Positions 16,967 through 25,835 of a stretch of DNA of 60,097 nt are shown piece by piece. Location: the NCBI GenBank assembly GCA_050747825.1, contig JBOGJG010000330.1:1-60097 (forward strand), written 5' to 3'. Each line of letters begins with the position of its first letter. Positions within the stretch are counted from its first letter, which is position 1. Source of the DNA: Acidobacteriota bacterium (lineage in GTDB: Bacteria; Acidobacteriota; UBA6911; RPQK01; JBOGJG01). The notes below the pieces were generated by a model. It worked only from the letters and a program-made list of their open reading frames with translations, did not search any database and was not told the DNA's origin. The position numbers and the translations under genes were made by a program.

Positions 16967-17883
16967 CTGAAAACACAGAAACACTTCGAATCGTTTCACT
17001 CTGCCCGAGCGCCACGGAAACGGCTTATGCGCTGGGCCTTGGCCCCAGCATTGTCGGAGTAAGCCACCAGTGTGATTTCCCGCCGGAAGTATCGGGGCTG
17101 CCCAGGCTGACCAGATCTTTCGTAGAGGATCTGGGAGACAGCGCTCTCATCCATCAGGTCATCGCTTCCAACAAAGAGAGGTGGGGCACGATCTACGATG
17201 TTGATGAGGAACTCCTTGCGCAACTCAGGCCCGAGATCATTCTAACGCAGGAGGTCTGCAAAGTCTGCGCTTACCCCGCCGATGCAGCCCTCGAAGTCGC
17301 AGGCAGGCGACTCAACCGCTGCCTGGCTCTCCCCTTTCGAGCTGACCGCGTCCAGGACATTCTGAACAGCATTCGTGAGCTGGGGGAAGCAGCGGGAGTA
17401 CCCGAGAGGAGCAGGCAACTTGTAAGCGAGATCTCCGAGACACGGGCATCAATTCGAGCGGTCACGTCAAAGCTGCCACGGAAGAAATCGTTCATGATGG
17501 AATGGATCGATCCAGTGCGGAATTCCGGGCACTGGATCCCCGAGTTGATGGAAGCGGCAGGGGGCGATGAACGGCTGGCCAACCGGGATGGCCAGACCGA
17601 GGTGTCGTGGGAAGATGTAGCGGCTTTTGGTCCGGAGGTGATCCTGATCTCGCCTTGCGGATTTGATTTCGAACGGGCCCTGGAGGAAATCCATAAATTC
17701 CGTCAGCGAGCCGGCTGGCAGGATGTCCCGGCAGTGAGAAGGGGCCAGGTTTTTCTGGGCAACGGCAAAATCATTACCAGATACACCCCCAGAATCCCGG
17801 CTGTCCTCAGGGCCATGGCCCATATGATTCACCCCGAGCATTTTCCCTCGTTCGCCGACCCGGAGATCATCCGCAAGCTATAA
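16963..17883 (+). CDS. Second BtuF-like (cobalamin-binding family) ABC substrate-binding protein
   Basis: RIVSLCPSATE...LGL...VGVSHQCDFP, L-x-PEIILTQEVC-x-VCA, EWIDP...GHWIPE, PEVILISPCGF. No signal peptide is apparent. Confidence 0.8.
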   Translation: MTENTETLRIVSLCPSATETAYALGLGPSIVGVSHQCDFPPEVSGLPRLTRSFVEDLGDSALIHQVIASNKERWGTIYDVDEELLAQLRPEIILTQEVCKVCAYPADAALEVAGRRLNRCLALPFRADRVQDILNSIRELGEAAGVPERSRQLVSEISETRASIRAVTSKLPRKKSFMMEWIDPVRNSGHWIPELMEAAGGDERLANRDGQTEVSWEDVAAFGPEVILISPCGFDFERALEEIHKFRQRAGWQDVPAVRRGQVFLGNGKIITRYTPRIPAVLRAMAHMIHPEHFPSFADPEIIRKL

Positions 17884-17917
17884 GAGCGCCCACAAAACGT
17901 GCATAATGGCCGCTCCT

Positions 17918-17978
17918 TAAAAAACGGCTGGGCGACGTGGATGACGAAATGAAGCGATTTCTGGGCAGCGCCCTTGGG
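17918..17978. repeat. 61-bp inverted duplication of DUF72 internal sequence (partner 18501-18561)
   Basis: 17918-17978 is the reverse complement of 18501-18561 with one mismatch (60/61). Confidence 0.95.
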
Positions 17979-18053
17979 CTTCCTCCGTTTGCGGGAGCTT
18001 TCCTTGATATGCTCGTACTGACGTTCGTCTTTTTTAGTCCAAGCTCTCGGCAT
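17979..18053 (-). pseudogene. Truncated small conserved protein (MPRAWTKKDERQYEHIKESSRKRR...)
   Basis: RBS AAGGAG before ATG and a recognisable ERQYEHIK-x-S small-protein family N-terminus. After 25 codons the frame enters the inverted duplication. Confidence 0.6.
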
Positions 18054-18101
18054 ACTATCTCCTTGCGCCTGTTTACAAGCAATTCCTGTCCCGGCCGCTG
18101 C

Positions 18102-18791
18102 TCAGGCGAGACCTATCTCTTCTTGCAGTTGCCTGGCCAGGAGGGGCGCCCGATCTTCATGCTTGAAATAGACGAACACATCGCCCGGCCGTGAGGAAAT
18201 CCATTGGGCCCAGTTCCGCATCTCATCCGGCGTGTAATCCTCCTTGCGCAGGCGCATGTAAACAAAGGGAGCCGTGATCTCCCTCACGGCGGGCTTTTCC
18301 AGGGTCTCGACAATGGCCTGAGCGGCCCCATGCCGGCGCAGGGTGCTTAAGACTTCCTCGCACTGCCAGGAGTCATGGCGGAACTCCACAGCCAGGCGGA
18401 CCTGGCTCGAATAAGCCTCCAGAAAGCTGGACAGGACGGAGACGTCCTTGCGAAAGTAAGGAGGAAGCTGGACCAGAATCACGGCCAGTCTGGAATCCAA
18501 CCCAAGGGCGCTGCCCAGAAATCGCTTCATTTCGTCATCCACGTCGCGCAGCCGTTTTTTATGGGTGATCTGCTGGTTTAGCTTAAGCGTAAAGCGAAAC
18601 TCGTCAGGTACCTGCGACGCCCAGTCCCGCACCGAAGCTTCTGAAGGAATTCGGTAGAAAGTGTAGTTGATCTCGGTGGTCGTGAAATGGCGGGCGTAGT
18701 AGGAGAGATACTCTTTTGGGGAAAGCTTTTCGGGATAAAAAAACCCCTTCCATTCAGAGTAGGAGAAGCCGGAAGTTCCAATGTAGATCAT
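18102..18791 (-). CDS. DUF72 family protein
   Basis: IYIGTSGFSYSEWKGFFYP, TEINYTFYRIP, QLPPYF, VEFRHDSW, YMRLRK, VYFKHED. Start moved to ATG 18791 (RBS AAAGGA). Confidence 0.92.
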   Translation of the reverse strand: MIYIGTSGFSYSEWKGFFYPEKLSPKEYLSYYARHFTTTEINYTFYRIPSEASVRDWASQVPDEFRFTLKLNQQITHKKRLRDVDDEMKRFLGSALGLDSRLAVILVQLPPYFRKDVSVLSSFLEAYSSQVRLAVEFRHDSWQCEEVLSTLRRHGAAQAIVETLEKPAVREITAPFVYMRLRKEDYTPDEMRNWAQWISSRPGDVFVYFKHEDRAPLLARQLQEEIGLA

Positions 18792-18830
18792 ATCCTTTAA
18801 TGTTAATGGAATTGCCGGCAAGGAGGAAAA

Positions 18831-19373
18831 ATGTTCCCGTTTCAGCGATCTGGTATGATGGCCGCTCAAGGCATGTCAAGTTATGGATCAGGGCTTCTTT
18901 GGGGAAAGCCATCCGAGCCAGAAGTGGTGCTTTACACGGACGGAGCTTGCAGCGGCAATCCGGGACCCGGAGGATGGGCGTTTATCCTCAAACATCCGGC
19001 TTCAGGCAAAGTTCTGGAGTGCAGTGGAGCCGATCCGCTGACCACCAACAACAAAATGGAGCTTCAGGCGCTCATTGAGGGCCTCAAGAAGCTGAAGCAG
19101 CCGGCCTGCGTGCACGTAGTGACTGATAGTTCCTACGTTCAGAAAGGCATCACAGAGTGGATTGCCGGCTGGAAGCGACGCGGCTGGAAGCGCAAGACAA
19201 GCAACGGCTATGAGCCGGTGAAGAACGTCGAACTGTGGACGGAGCTGGACGAGTTAGTGGACAAGCAACGGCAGATCTCTTTCGAGCTGGTCAAGGGACA
19301 TGTCGGGCATCCGGAAAACGAGCGCTGCGATGAGTTGGCGGTACAGGCTTACAAGGAACTGATGAGCCGCTGA
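18831..19373 (+). CDS. rnhA: Ribonuclease HI (start may be a few codons downstream)
   Basis: YTDGACSGNPGPGGW, TTNNKMEL, TDS-x-YV, PVKNVELW, KGH-x-GHPENERCDELA. Confidence 0.95.
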   Translation: MFPFQRSGMMAAQGMSSYGSGLLWGKPSEPEVVLYTDGACSGNPGPGGWAFILKHPASGKVLECSGADPLTTNNKMELQALIEGLKKLKQPACVHVVTDSSYVQKGITEWIAGWKRRGWKRKTSNGYEPVKNVELWTELDELVDKQRQISFELVKGHVGHPENERCDELAVQAYKELMSR

Positions 19374-19427
19374 GCCGCGGGCCGCGAAAGGGCGCCACAA
19401 AATATCCCGAAAAGGCACGCAAACCGG

Positions 19428-20648
19428 CTAGAGGTTAATCTGAAAGCGCATTTGAAAAATGTTGGCGGCACCGAGGCCGTCTCGATCGGAAGAAACGTAG
19501 TTCCACATGATTCGGGCGTTGGGATTCAGATACCAGTTCAGGCCCAGAGTAAAGTCGTCGAGTTTTCCTCCCATAATGGTTTCATCGGTCAGATCCAGGT
19601 GAGAATAGCGCACCGCAAGTTCCCAGGCGCCGGAATTTCCCGACCCGGAGAGAAAGTTGGAACGGGGCCTGACACTCCCAAATGCGCCGCTCGAGTTGCT
19701 GTAGCTGCGGTGCTCGCCTGTGAGAACTAAGCTGCCCTGAATGTAGTAAGCGTTGAAAGAGTCCCCCGTGCCAGCCGGCCTGTCGAGGACGACGTGGAAA
19801 TACTCACCCTGAACAGAAGCGGGTCCGAAGAGCAGGGCCGCCTCAGCAGCAATGCGGTCGTCGGACTCGGCCGGCAGCGATTCCGTATCGACGAATCTGG
19901 GTGACAGGTGCACTTCCGGCCTCTGGCGAAAACGTACCAGGTTGTCGCCGGGACTGCGATGGCTGTAGGCAAACCCCAGATGAAGGAGCCGTTGACCGGA
20001 GCCGTCAGTCCAGGGGAGTCCGGTCAACCGACCTGTCAGGTTGAAGTCCCCATCCCCGACTGCTGTGCCGCTATCATCTGTGTCGCGAAACGTTCCCAGA
20101 GCCCAGGTCATCCGTCGATCAAAGGCCGTATTGCGGGCCATGATGCCCGTATTGCGGCTGGGAGCAAAGACATTTCCCAGAGATCTTTCCATAAAAGTAA
20201 TGTTATTTGAGCTGGTCACTTCTTCGAGGCTGAAAGGCTCCTTGAAATGACCGGCCTGAACCCGGCCCACTCCGGGAAGACCCTGCAGGCCGGCATAGAC
20301 GTCTTTTAAAGCCACCTCGCCGTTGGCGAAATCAAGCTGGATATTAAAGACAACGTGCTCATGAATCTCGCCCCCAAAGTTAAGGCGGAGACGCCGGAAT
20401 TCGGTTCCGTTCTCAAGAGGACCCACCACTGCTTCCAATTCGTCGTCGCCCGAGATGAAGACCCAATCATTGTGAATGCGGCCTCCCAACTCCAAATGGA
20501 AGTTGCCGTCGGCGGTCTCGAACTGGAGGCCCTCGTCCCAATAAACATGAAAAGCCTTATCCTGTTCCTCCTGTGCTTGAACCTGAAGGGATAGCGAAAA
20601 AAGTACGAAAATCGTAAGTGCAAGGGATACGACTGTCTTGATCTTCAT
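19428..20648 (-). CDS. Phosphate-selective porin OprO/OprP family
   Basis: Signal peptide; FRRLRL, KDVY, GHFKEPFSLEEVTSSNNITFMERS, YIQGSLVLTGEHRSY, GAWELAVRYS-x-LDL, TLGLNWYLN, MRFQINL. Confidence 0.9.
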   Translation of the reverse strand: MKIKTVVSLALTIFVLFSLSLQVQAQEEQDKAFHVYWDEGLQFETADGNFHLELGGRIHNDWVFISGDDELEAVVGPLENGTEFRRLRLNFGGEIHEHVVFNIQLDFANGEVALKDVYAGLQGLPGVGRVQAGHFKEPFSLEEVTSSNNITFMERSLGNVFAPSRNTGIMARNTAFDRRMTWALGTFRDTDDSGTAVGDGDFNLTGRLTGLPWTDGSGQRLLHLGFAYSHRSPGDNLVRFRQRPEVHLSPRFVDTESLPAESDDRIAAEAALLFGPASVQGEYFHVVLDRPAGTGDSFNAYYIQGSLVLTGEHRSYSNSSGAFGSVRPRSNFLSGSGNSGAWELAVRYSHLDLTDETIMGGKLDDFTLGLNWYLNPNARIMWNYVSSDRDGLGAANIFQMRFQINL

Positions 20649-20649
20649 A

Positions 20650-20678
20650 TGTCACAATCTTTACACAGAATTGACACG
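20650..20678. promoter_or_regulatory. Pho-box-like triple 11-bp-spaced direct repeat
   Basis: TGTCACA (20650), TTACACA (20661), TGACACG (20672), immediately upstream of the porin start. Confidence 0.5.
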
Positions 20679-20741
20679 ATGTAGTGACAGCCTCGTCACA
20701 CGATTGCTAACTCAGCCTTGCACAGCGCCGGGGAGCGGCCA

Positions 20742-23393
20742 CTATTGGGCAGAAATCAACAGCGCCCAGGGGAGGGTGGTGAAAAGGTTGGCGAGGGGGA
20801 GGACCAGACCGCCGTTTTCCGTGACTACCGGAATCGCTTCGCCGGTCAAGGCTTGGCGCAATTCACGCGGAGCATCTGGGGCCAGGATCAGACGCGTGTC
20901 CGCCCAGGTGTCCAGACCCAGAGGGAAGCGGCCGGGCCGGCTCAGGTGAGTGAAAAAACGAGGGACGGCCAGGAGGAAACACTCATTGTCGATGCGGCGC
21001 ATGAAGGCGCACACATTGTAAGCTCGATCTCCGATCACTTCGAGCGGCTCATAGCTCCCCTCCTGAAAGAGCCGCTTCCTCGCGTTGCGCAGCTCCAAGG
21101 CCTTGTACGTAAAGAACAGCTTGATCCTGCCGTCCTGCCACGAGCTCAGCAGTTCCGAGGTGAGGCCAGGCCGGTCGCGGCCTTCGTCATTCTTCAATCG
21201 AGCCAGCAGGCGCCTGCGGGTGTCGAAATCCACTGGCCGGCGGTTGTCAGGATCGACCAGGCTAAAGCTCCATAGCTCAGTGCCCTGATAGAAGTCCGGA
21301 ACTCCAGGGGAACAGACCTTCAGTAGAAGCTGAGACAGCGAGTTCAGAGCTCCATAAAAGGCAATCTGCTGCTGAAAGTGGAGGAAGTCTTCCATAAAAG
21401 GGCCGGAGGCTGAAAAGAGGAACTCTACGAAGCCCTGAAGAGTCCGCTCATGCGCCGCGTGAGGCCGGCTCCAGCGGGTATTTACCTTGGCCTCGCGGGC
21501 GGCTTTGATCAGGTATTCTTTGAGCCGATCTTTAAAGTCAGGCCGCTCCGCTTCAGCCAGGGGCCAGGCGCCGACCAGGCTCTGGTAGATCAAGATCTCC
21601 TCATTGGGCTCCGGAATCGGCCGGCCATCCACCAACTGCATCCCGGAGCGGTTCCACTCGCTCCAGCGCTGGAGACGTTCTTCCCAGGCCTGCGGCAACT
21701 CGCTCAAGACATTGATTCGCGCCCGGACGTCCTCACTGCGCTTCGTATCATGCGTGGAGGTGGCATTGAGCGTACAGGGCCAATACTGGAGTCGATGGCT
21801 GTTGAAATCATGAAATTTCTCTAGTGAAATGGCGCCCGCTTCCGGATCAGCTCCAACTTCGTTAATTGAGATCAGACGGTTATCCACGTAAAAGGCGGTA
21901 TCCTCCACACCTTTGGCCGTTACAGGGCTCGCGAACTTCTGCCATTGCATGACGAATTGCAGCCAGTCCCGCCGTTGCTCCGGGGCTCCAGTGTCCAGCA
22001 ACAAGACGCGCCGCAGAAAGGTGAAGACCGGCACGCCAATCGAGGGATTCCTGCGCCTGGCCTCCCCTAAGGCACGCTCAATTCTTGAACGGTCGCGCAC
22101 CGAGACCTCGCAGGCTCGCGTGTAGCTACGGTAGACACTCAGACAGGCAGTCACTTCCACCAGAGAGCGATCCAGGTCTTTTACGGGGAGGTCGCGCCCG
22201 TGACGGTCGTGATCGGCCAGACGTTTCAGATGCAGGCCCAAAGTGCGGATTTCGCCTGCGAAAAGCTTCTGGATGACTTCCTTTTTCTTGTGATAGACGA
22301 CGTCCGGGCGGCTGGTTTTCAGGCCGGTAAAGCGCATGTAAAGGGAATTCAGGACCGCCAGACCCTGTGGCTCGACGAAGATGCCGTTGAGCAGGTTGAG
22401 ATGGTCGTAGCCGGTGGTGCCACAGACCGGCCAGTCGGCGGGCAGGTCTTCGTCGCCCGCGAGGACTTTTTCGACGAGGACGTAGAGGGGCCGCTCCCTG
22501 ACGGTCGCGGCTTGAATGGATTCCGGCGAACCGATGGGTTCCGGCGAACCGATGAGTTCCAGTAAGCGTGTACAGATGGACTCCTGCAAGCGCATGAGGT
22601 AACCGGCAGGGTCGGTCAGTCCGTCAATATGGTCGATGCGCAGGCCCGTGATTTTCCCTTCTTCGATCAGGCGAAAAACCAACGCATGGACATCCTCGAA
22701 GGCTTGCGGGTTTTCAACCGAAACCGCGATCAAGTCGCTGATATTGAAGAAGCGGCGATAGTTCAGCTCTTCCCGGGCTTTGCGCCAGTAGGCCAGCCGA
22801 TAGGGCTGCATTTCCAGAAGCTGATGCAGCCGTTCCAGGTCCATCGGTCCCTCTTCTATAAATGGATGCGAGGACGGCGCCAGCGGAAGCCTGAGCCGGT
22901 GGTAGTGAAGGAAGTGTGTCTCCTCTTCGGATGTGACGCGCAAATTGCCGCTCTCCAGTGCCTGCCCATAGGGCTCTCCCAGAACAGGGAGCATGACACG
23001 ATTTTGAAAACTGTTGCAGGCGGGATTCCAATCAATATCAAAATAAGAGGCATATCTGGATTCGGGGCCGTACTGGAGGACATCCGTCCACCAGGGGTTT
23101 TCGGTATCCAGTGCCATGTGGTTGGGAACGATGTCCAGCAGCAGTCCCATTCCCCGGCTCCTTAGCTCCTGCGCCAGAGCGTCGAAGTCCCGCTCGGAGC
23201 CGAGTTGGGGATTGAGGCGAGAGAAATCTATGACATCGTAGCCGTGGGTGCTCTGCGCGCGAGCCTTAAAGAGAGGCGAGGCGTAAAGATCGGAGATTCC
23301 CAGGCCATGAAGATAGGGGACGAGTGATCGAGCATCCTGAAAACGAAAGGATGAGTTGAACTGCAGCCGGTAGGTTGCGGCTGGGACTCGCAT
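20742..23393 (-). CDS. treY: Malto-oligosyltrehalose synthase
   Basis: PAATYRLQFN, YASP, THGYDV, LDIVPNHM, NYRRFF, GLRIDHIDGL, EKVL, TSTHDTKRSEDVRAR, PGVPDFYQGTE. Confidence 0.97.
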   Translation of the reverse strand: MRVPAATYRLQFNSSFRFQDARSLVPYLHGLGISDLYASPLFKARAQSTHGYDVIDFSRLNPQLGSERDFDALAQELRSRGMGLLLDIVPNHMALDTENPWWTDVLQYGPESRYASYFDIDWNPACNSFQNRVMLPVLGEPYGQALESGNLRVTSEEETHFLHYHRLRLPLAPSSHPFIEEGPMDLERLHQLLEMQPYRLAYWRKAREELNYRRFFNISDLIAVSVENPQAFEDVHALVFRLIEEGKITGLRIDHIDGLTDPAGYLMRLQESICTRLLELIGSPEPIGSPESIQAATVRERPLYVLVEKVLAGDEDLPADWPVCGTTGYDHLNLLNGIFVEPQGLAVLNSLYMRFTGLKTSRPDVVYHKKKEVIQKLFAGEIRTLGLHLKRLADHDRHGRDLPVKDLDRSLVEVTACLSVYRSYTRACEVSVRDRSRIERALGEARRRNPSIGVPVFTFLRRVLLLDTGAPEQRRDWLQFVMQWQKFASPVTAKGVEDTAFYVDNRLISINEVGADPEAGAISLEKFHDFNSHRLQYWPCTLNATSTHDTKRSEDVRARINVLSELPQAWEERLQRWSEWNRSGMQLVDGRPIPEPNEEILIYQSLVGAWPLAEAERPDFKDRLKEYLIKAAREAKVNTRWSRPHAAHERTLQGFVEFLFSASGPFMEDFLHFQQQIAFYGALNSLSQLLLKVCSPGVPDFYQGTELWSFSLVDPDNRRPVDFDTRRRLLARLKNDEGRDRPGLTSELLSSWQDGRIKLFFTYKALELRNARKRLFQEGSYEPLEVIGDRAYNVCAFMRRIDNECFLLAVPRFFTHLSRPGRFPLGLDTWADTRLILAPDAPRELRQALTGEAIPVVTENGGLVLPLANLFTTLPWALLISAQ

Positions 23394-25835
23394 TTACGCC
23401 TCCTGGGCGACCGGAATGGCAATAGCCAGTTGATCCCCCAGGGAGACAAAATGCCCGATCCATTTCTGCGCCTGAGGGTCACCAGACTCCGCCTTTTCCC
23501 GGATTCGAAAGTACACCCCATTCAGCATGTTCCAGTAAAGATTTTGCGGCTGGCGCAGATTGACCTCGAAGGGCAGAGAGCGGGCAATCTTTGCCGTTGC
23601 TTCAACTTTCTGAAGGAGAGTCAGGTTCTCCGGATGGGCGGACAGAGCCGTCGCCAGGTTTTCCAGGCTGCCGCGCAGGACGAACTCCAGCCCGGCGGCG
23701 TCCAGATCCAGCCTTTCCTCCCGGGCCTCCTCGAGCAGTGCGTGCACCCTTTTCAGATCAAAATCTTCCTCATGAAAAGCCAGCTTTAGATCTCTGTTCA
23801 GGACGAATTCTCCCGGAAGCCTGAAGGCCTGCGGCAATGGAATATTGAGGTCTCCCATGAGCCGTATCATGAAAGAGTACTGGTTGTGAATCCTGCGGTA
23901 TTCGTTTTCCAACTCGGCCAGGTTGGATTCCATGATCTTGTCCACGATCTTGCGCTGCTCATCGCGGAAGAGAGACTTCAGAGAATAAGTGGAGGTCCCG
24001 AAGTGCTTGTCCAGAGCGCGGATCGTCCCGGTCAAATCAGCCTTCTTGAAGGGAGTGATGATCTCGCGGCTCATGGCCTGATATGCCTCTTTCTCCTTCG
24101 TGAGGCGGACCGCTCCGTGCAGATTGCCCTCGGCAAAGTAGAGGGCGCCGAAGCCCAGCCGCCCCGATTCGCGCGTGATTTCCGAAGTAATTAGGGCTCG
24201 CGCCACAATCAGCCTGGCTTTGCCGGACTCCTCCTCCTGAAAATCCTCGCGATCCACTGCGTAGCAGTAGATCCGATTTCGTTTTGAGTGGGGCTCGAAG
24301 AGTGAAGTGACGGCGAAGTGCGCGGCAACCCTGTTCAGGTCTACGAAGGCGGGCTTGACGAGTTTGTCATAGATGCGCCGTCCATTTTCGTGCTCGACAA
24401 GGTTGCTTTCGGCCGCTTCAAGCCTCTGCAGAAAGGGTTCTTCCAACTCCGTCTGGAACAACTCCTGCCCGAGCTGAACCGCGCGGCCCGCATACTGGAT
24501 GACCTGAACGGTTTCGATCCCCGACAGCTCATCAAAGAACCAGCCGCAGCTCGTGTACATCAGCATGGCATGGCGCTGCATTTCGAGCAGCTTCAGCACG
24601 GTAATCTTCTCCTCGTCCCCGAGCGGACGGCTGGCGTACTGACTCAGGAAGCCGTTGAGGTTTCCATCCGACCGATTGAGGATGACCCGGATGAAGCCGT
24701 CCCGGGCGGCCCATGGGACGTGAAAAAACTCAGCCGCCTTCTGCTCGTAAAGGGGCGCCAGGGTTTCCCGCAGCCAGTCCAGTGCGGCGCGCAAGGGCCC
24801 TCGCCACTCCTGGTTCCATTCCGGATGCGCCCCGGTATTGCAGCCACAGTTCTCCATCCATCGGCCCAAGCCGTGAGCGCAGCTCCAGGCTGTGTTCTCG
24901 AGGATCTGGACCTCGTGAGTGGGCGGGTGTTTTTCCAGGAACTCAGCGTAGTTGGTGATCTCGACGATTCTTTTGGAGTCGATGTACTGCAGCGCATAGG
25001 CCAGTGCCATATCACCAAAGCGATGATGATGGCCGTAAGTTTCCCCGTCAGTTGCAATATGAAGCAGTTGGGGCCATTCCCTTTCCTCATTGAAGCCGCT
25101 GCTCAGGCGGTGTGCGAAATGCTCTCCGCTGCCAAGCAGGCGCTCGAAGGCCACTGCCTGAGAAATCGGTCCGTTGTAAAAAAACAGCGTGATGCTGCGC
25201 CCTGACGGCAGCGCCTGCTGATAGGCCATCGTGGGATCGATCTCACCGCCTGTGACGCCTTCCCATCTCTTGCCGCCTTTCCTGCGCACCTTGGCGGCCT
25301 GGTAAGGTGAGAGGATGGTGAATTGAATTCCGTGCTCGGCCATCAGATCCAGCGTTTCAAGATCGACAGCCGTTTCGGGAAGCCACATGCCCTCGGGCTT
25401 GCGCTGAAAGCGCTGCTCGAAATCGCGGATTCCCCAGATAATCTGCGTCTCCTTGTCCCGGCGATTGGCCAGGGGCATGATCATATGATTATAGGCTTGC
25501 GCCAGAGCTGACCCGTGTCCGGAGAACCTTTTCAGGCTCTCCCGATCGGCTTCCAGAATTCGCTCGTAGACATCAGGCGCGTTGGCCTGAAACCAGCTCA
25601 GGACGGTGGGTCCAAAATTGAAGCTGATCCTCGAATAGTTGTTGACGATATCCGTGATATAGCCCTTGCCGTTAACGATGCGGGAAGCCGCATTCGGCGC
25701 ATAACACTCCGCCGTGATTCGTTCGTTCCAGTCGTGGTAGGGATAAGCGGAATCCTGCTGCTCAATGGCCTCCAGCCAGGGGTTCTCCCTCGGCGGCTGG
25801 TAGAAATGTCCGTGGATGCAGATATAACGTTTCAT
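23394..25835 (-). CDS. Glycoside hydrolase family 57 / DUF3536 protein
   Basis: IHGHFYQPPRENPW, SFNFGPT, YNHMIMPL, GMWLPETAVD, ATDGETYGHH, WSCAHG, MYTSCGWFFD. Confidence 0.92.
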   Translation of the reverse strand: MKRYICIHGHFYQPPRENPWLEAIEQQDSAYPYHDWNERITAECYAPNAASRIVNGKGYITDIVNNYSRISFNFGPTVLSWFQANAPDVYERILEADRESLKRFSGHGSALAQAYNHMIMPLANRRDKETQIIWGIRDFEQRFQRKPEGMWLPETAVDLETLDLMAEHGIQFTILSPYQAAKVRRKGGKRWEGVTGGEIDPTMAYQQALPSGRSITLFFYNGPISQAVAFERLLGSGEHFAHRLSSGFNEEREWPQLLHIATDGETYGHHHRFGDMALAYALQYIDSKRIVEITNYAEFLEKHPPTHEVQILENTAWSCAHGLGRWMENCGCNTGAHPEWNQEWRGPLRAALDWLRETLAPLYEQKAAEFFHVPWAARDGFIRVILNRSDGNLNGFLSQYASRPLGDEEKITVLKLLEMQRHAMLMYTSCGWFFDELSGIETVQVIQYAGRAVQLGQELFQTELEEPFLQRLEAAESNLVEHENGRRIYDKLVKPAFVDLNRVAAHFAVTSLFEPHSKRNRIYCYAVDREDFQEEESGKARLIVARALITSEITRESGRLGFGALYFAEGNLHGAVRLTKEKEAYQAMSREIITPFKKADLTGTIRALDKHFGTSTYSLKSLFRDEQRKIVDKIMESNLAELENEYRRIHNQYSFMIRLMGDLNIPLPQAFRLPGEFVLNRDLKLAFHEEDFDLKRVHALLEEAREERLDLDAAGLEFVLRGSLENLATALSAHPENLTLLQKVEATAKIARSLPFEVNLRQPQNLYWNMLNGVYFRIREKAESGDPQAQKWIGHFVSLGDQLAIAIPVAQEA

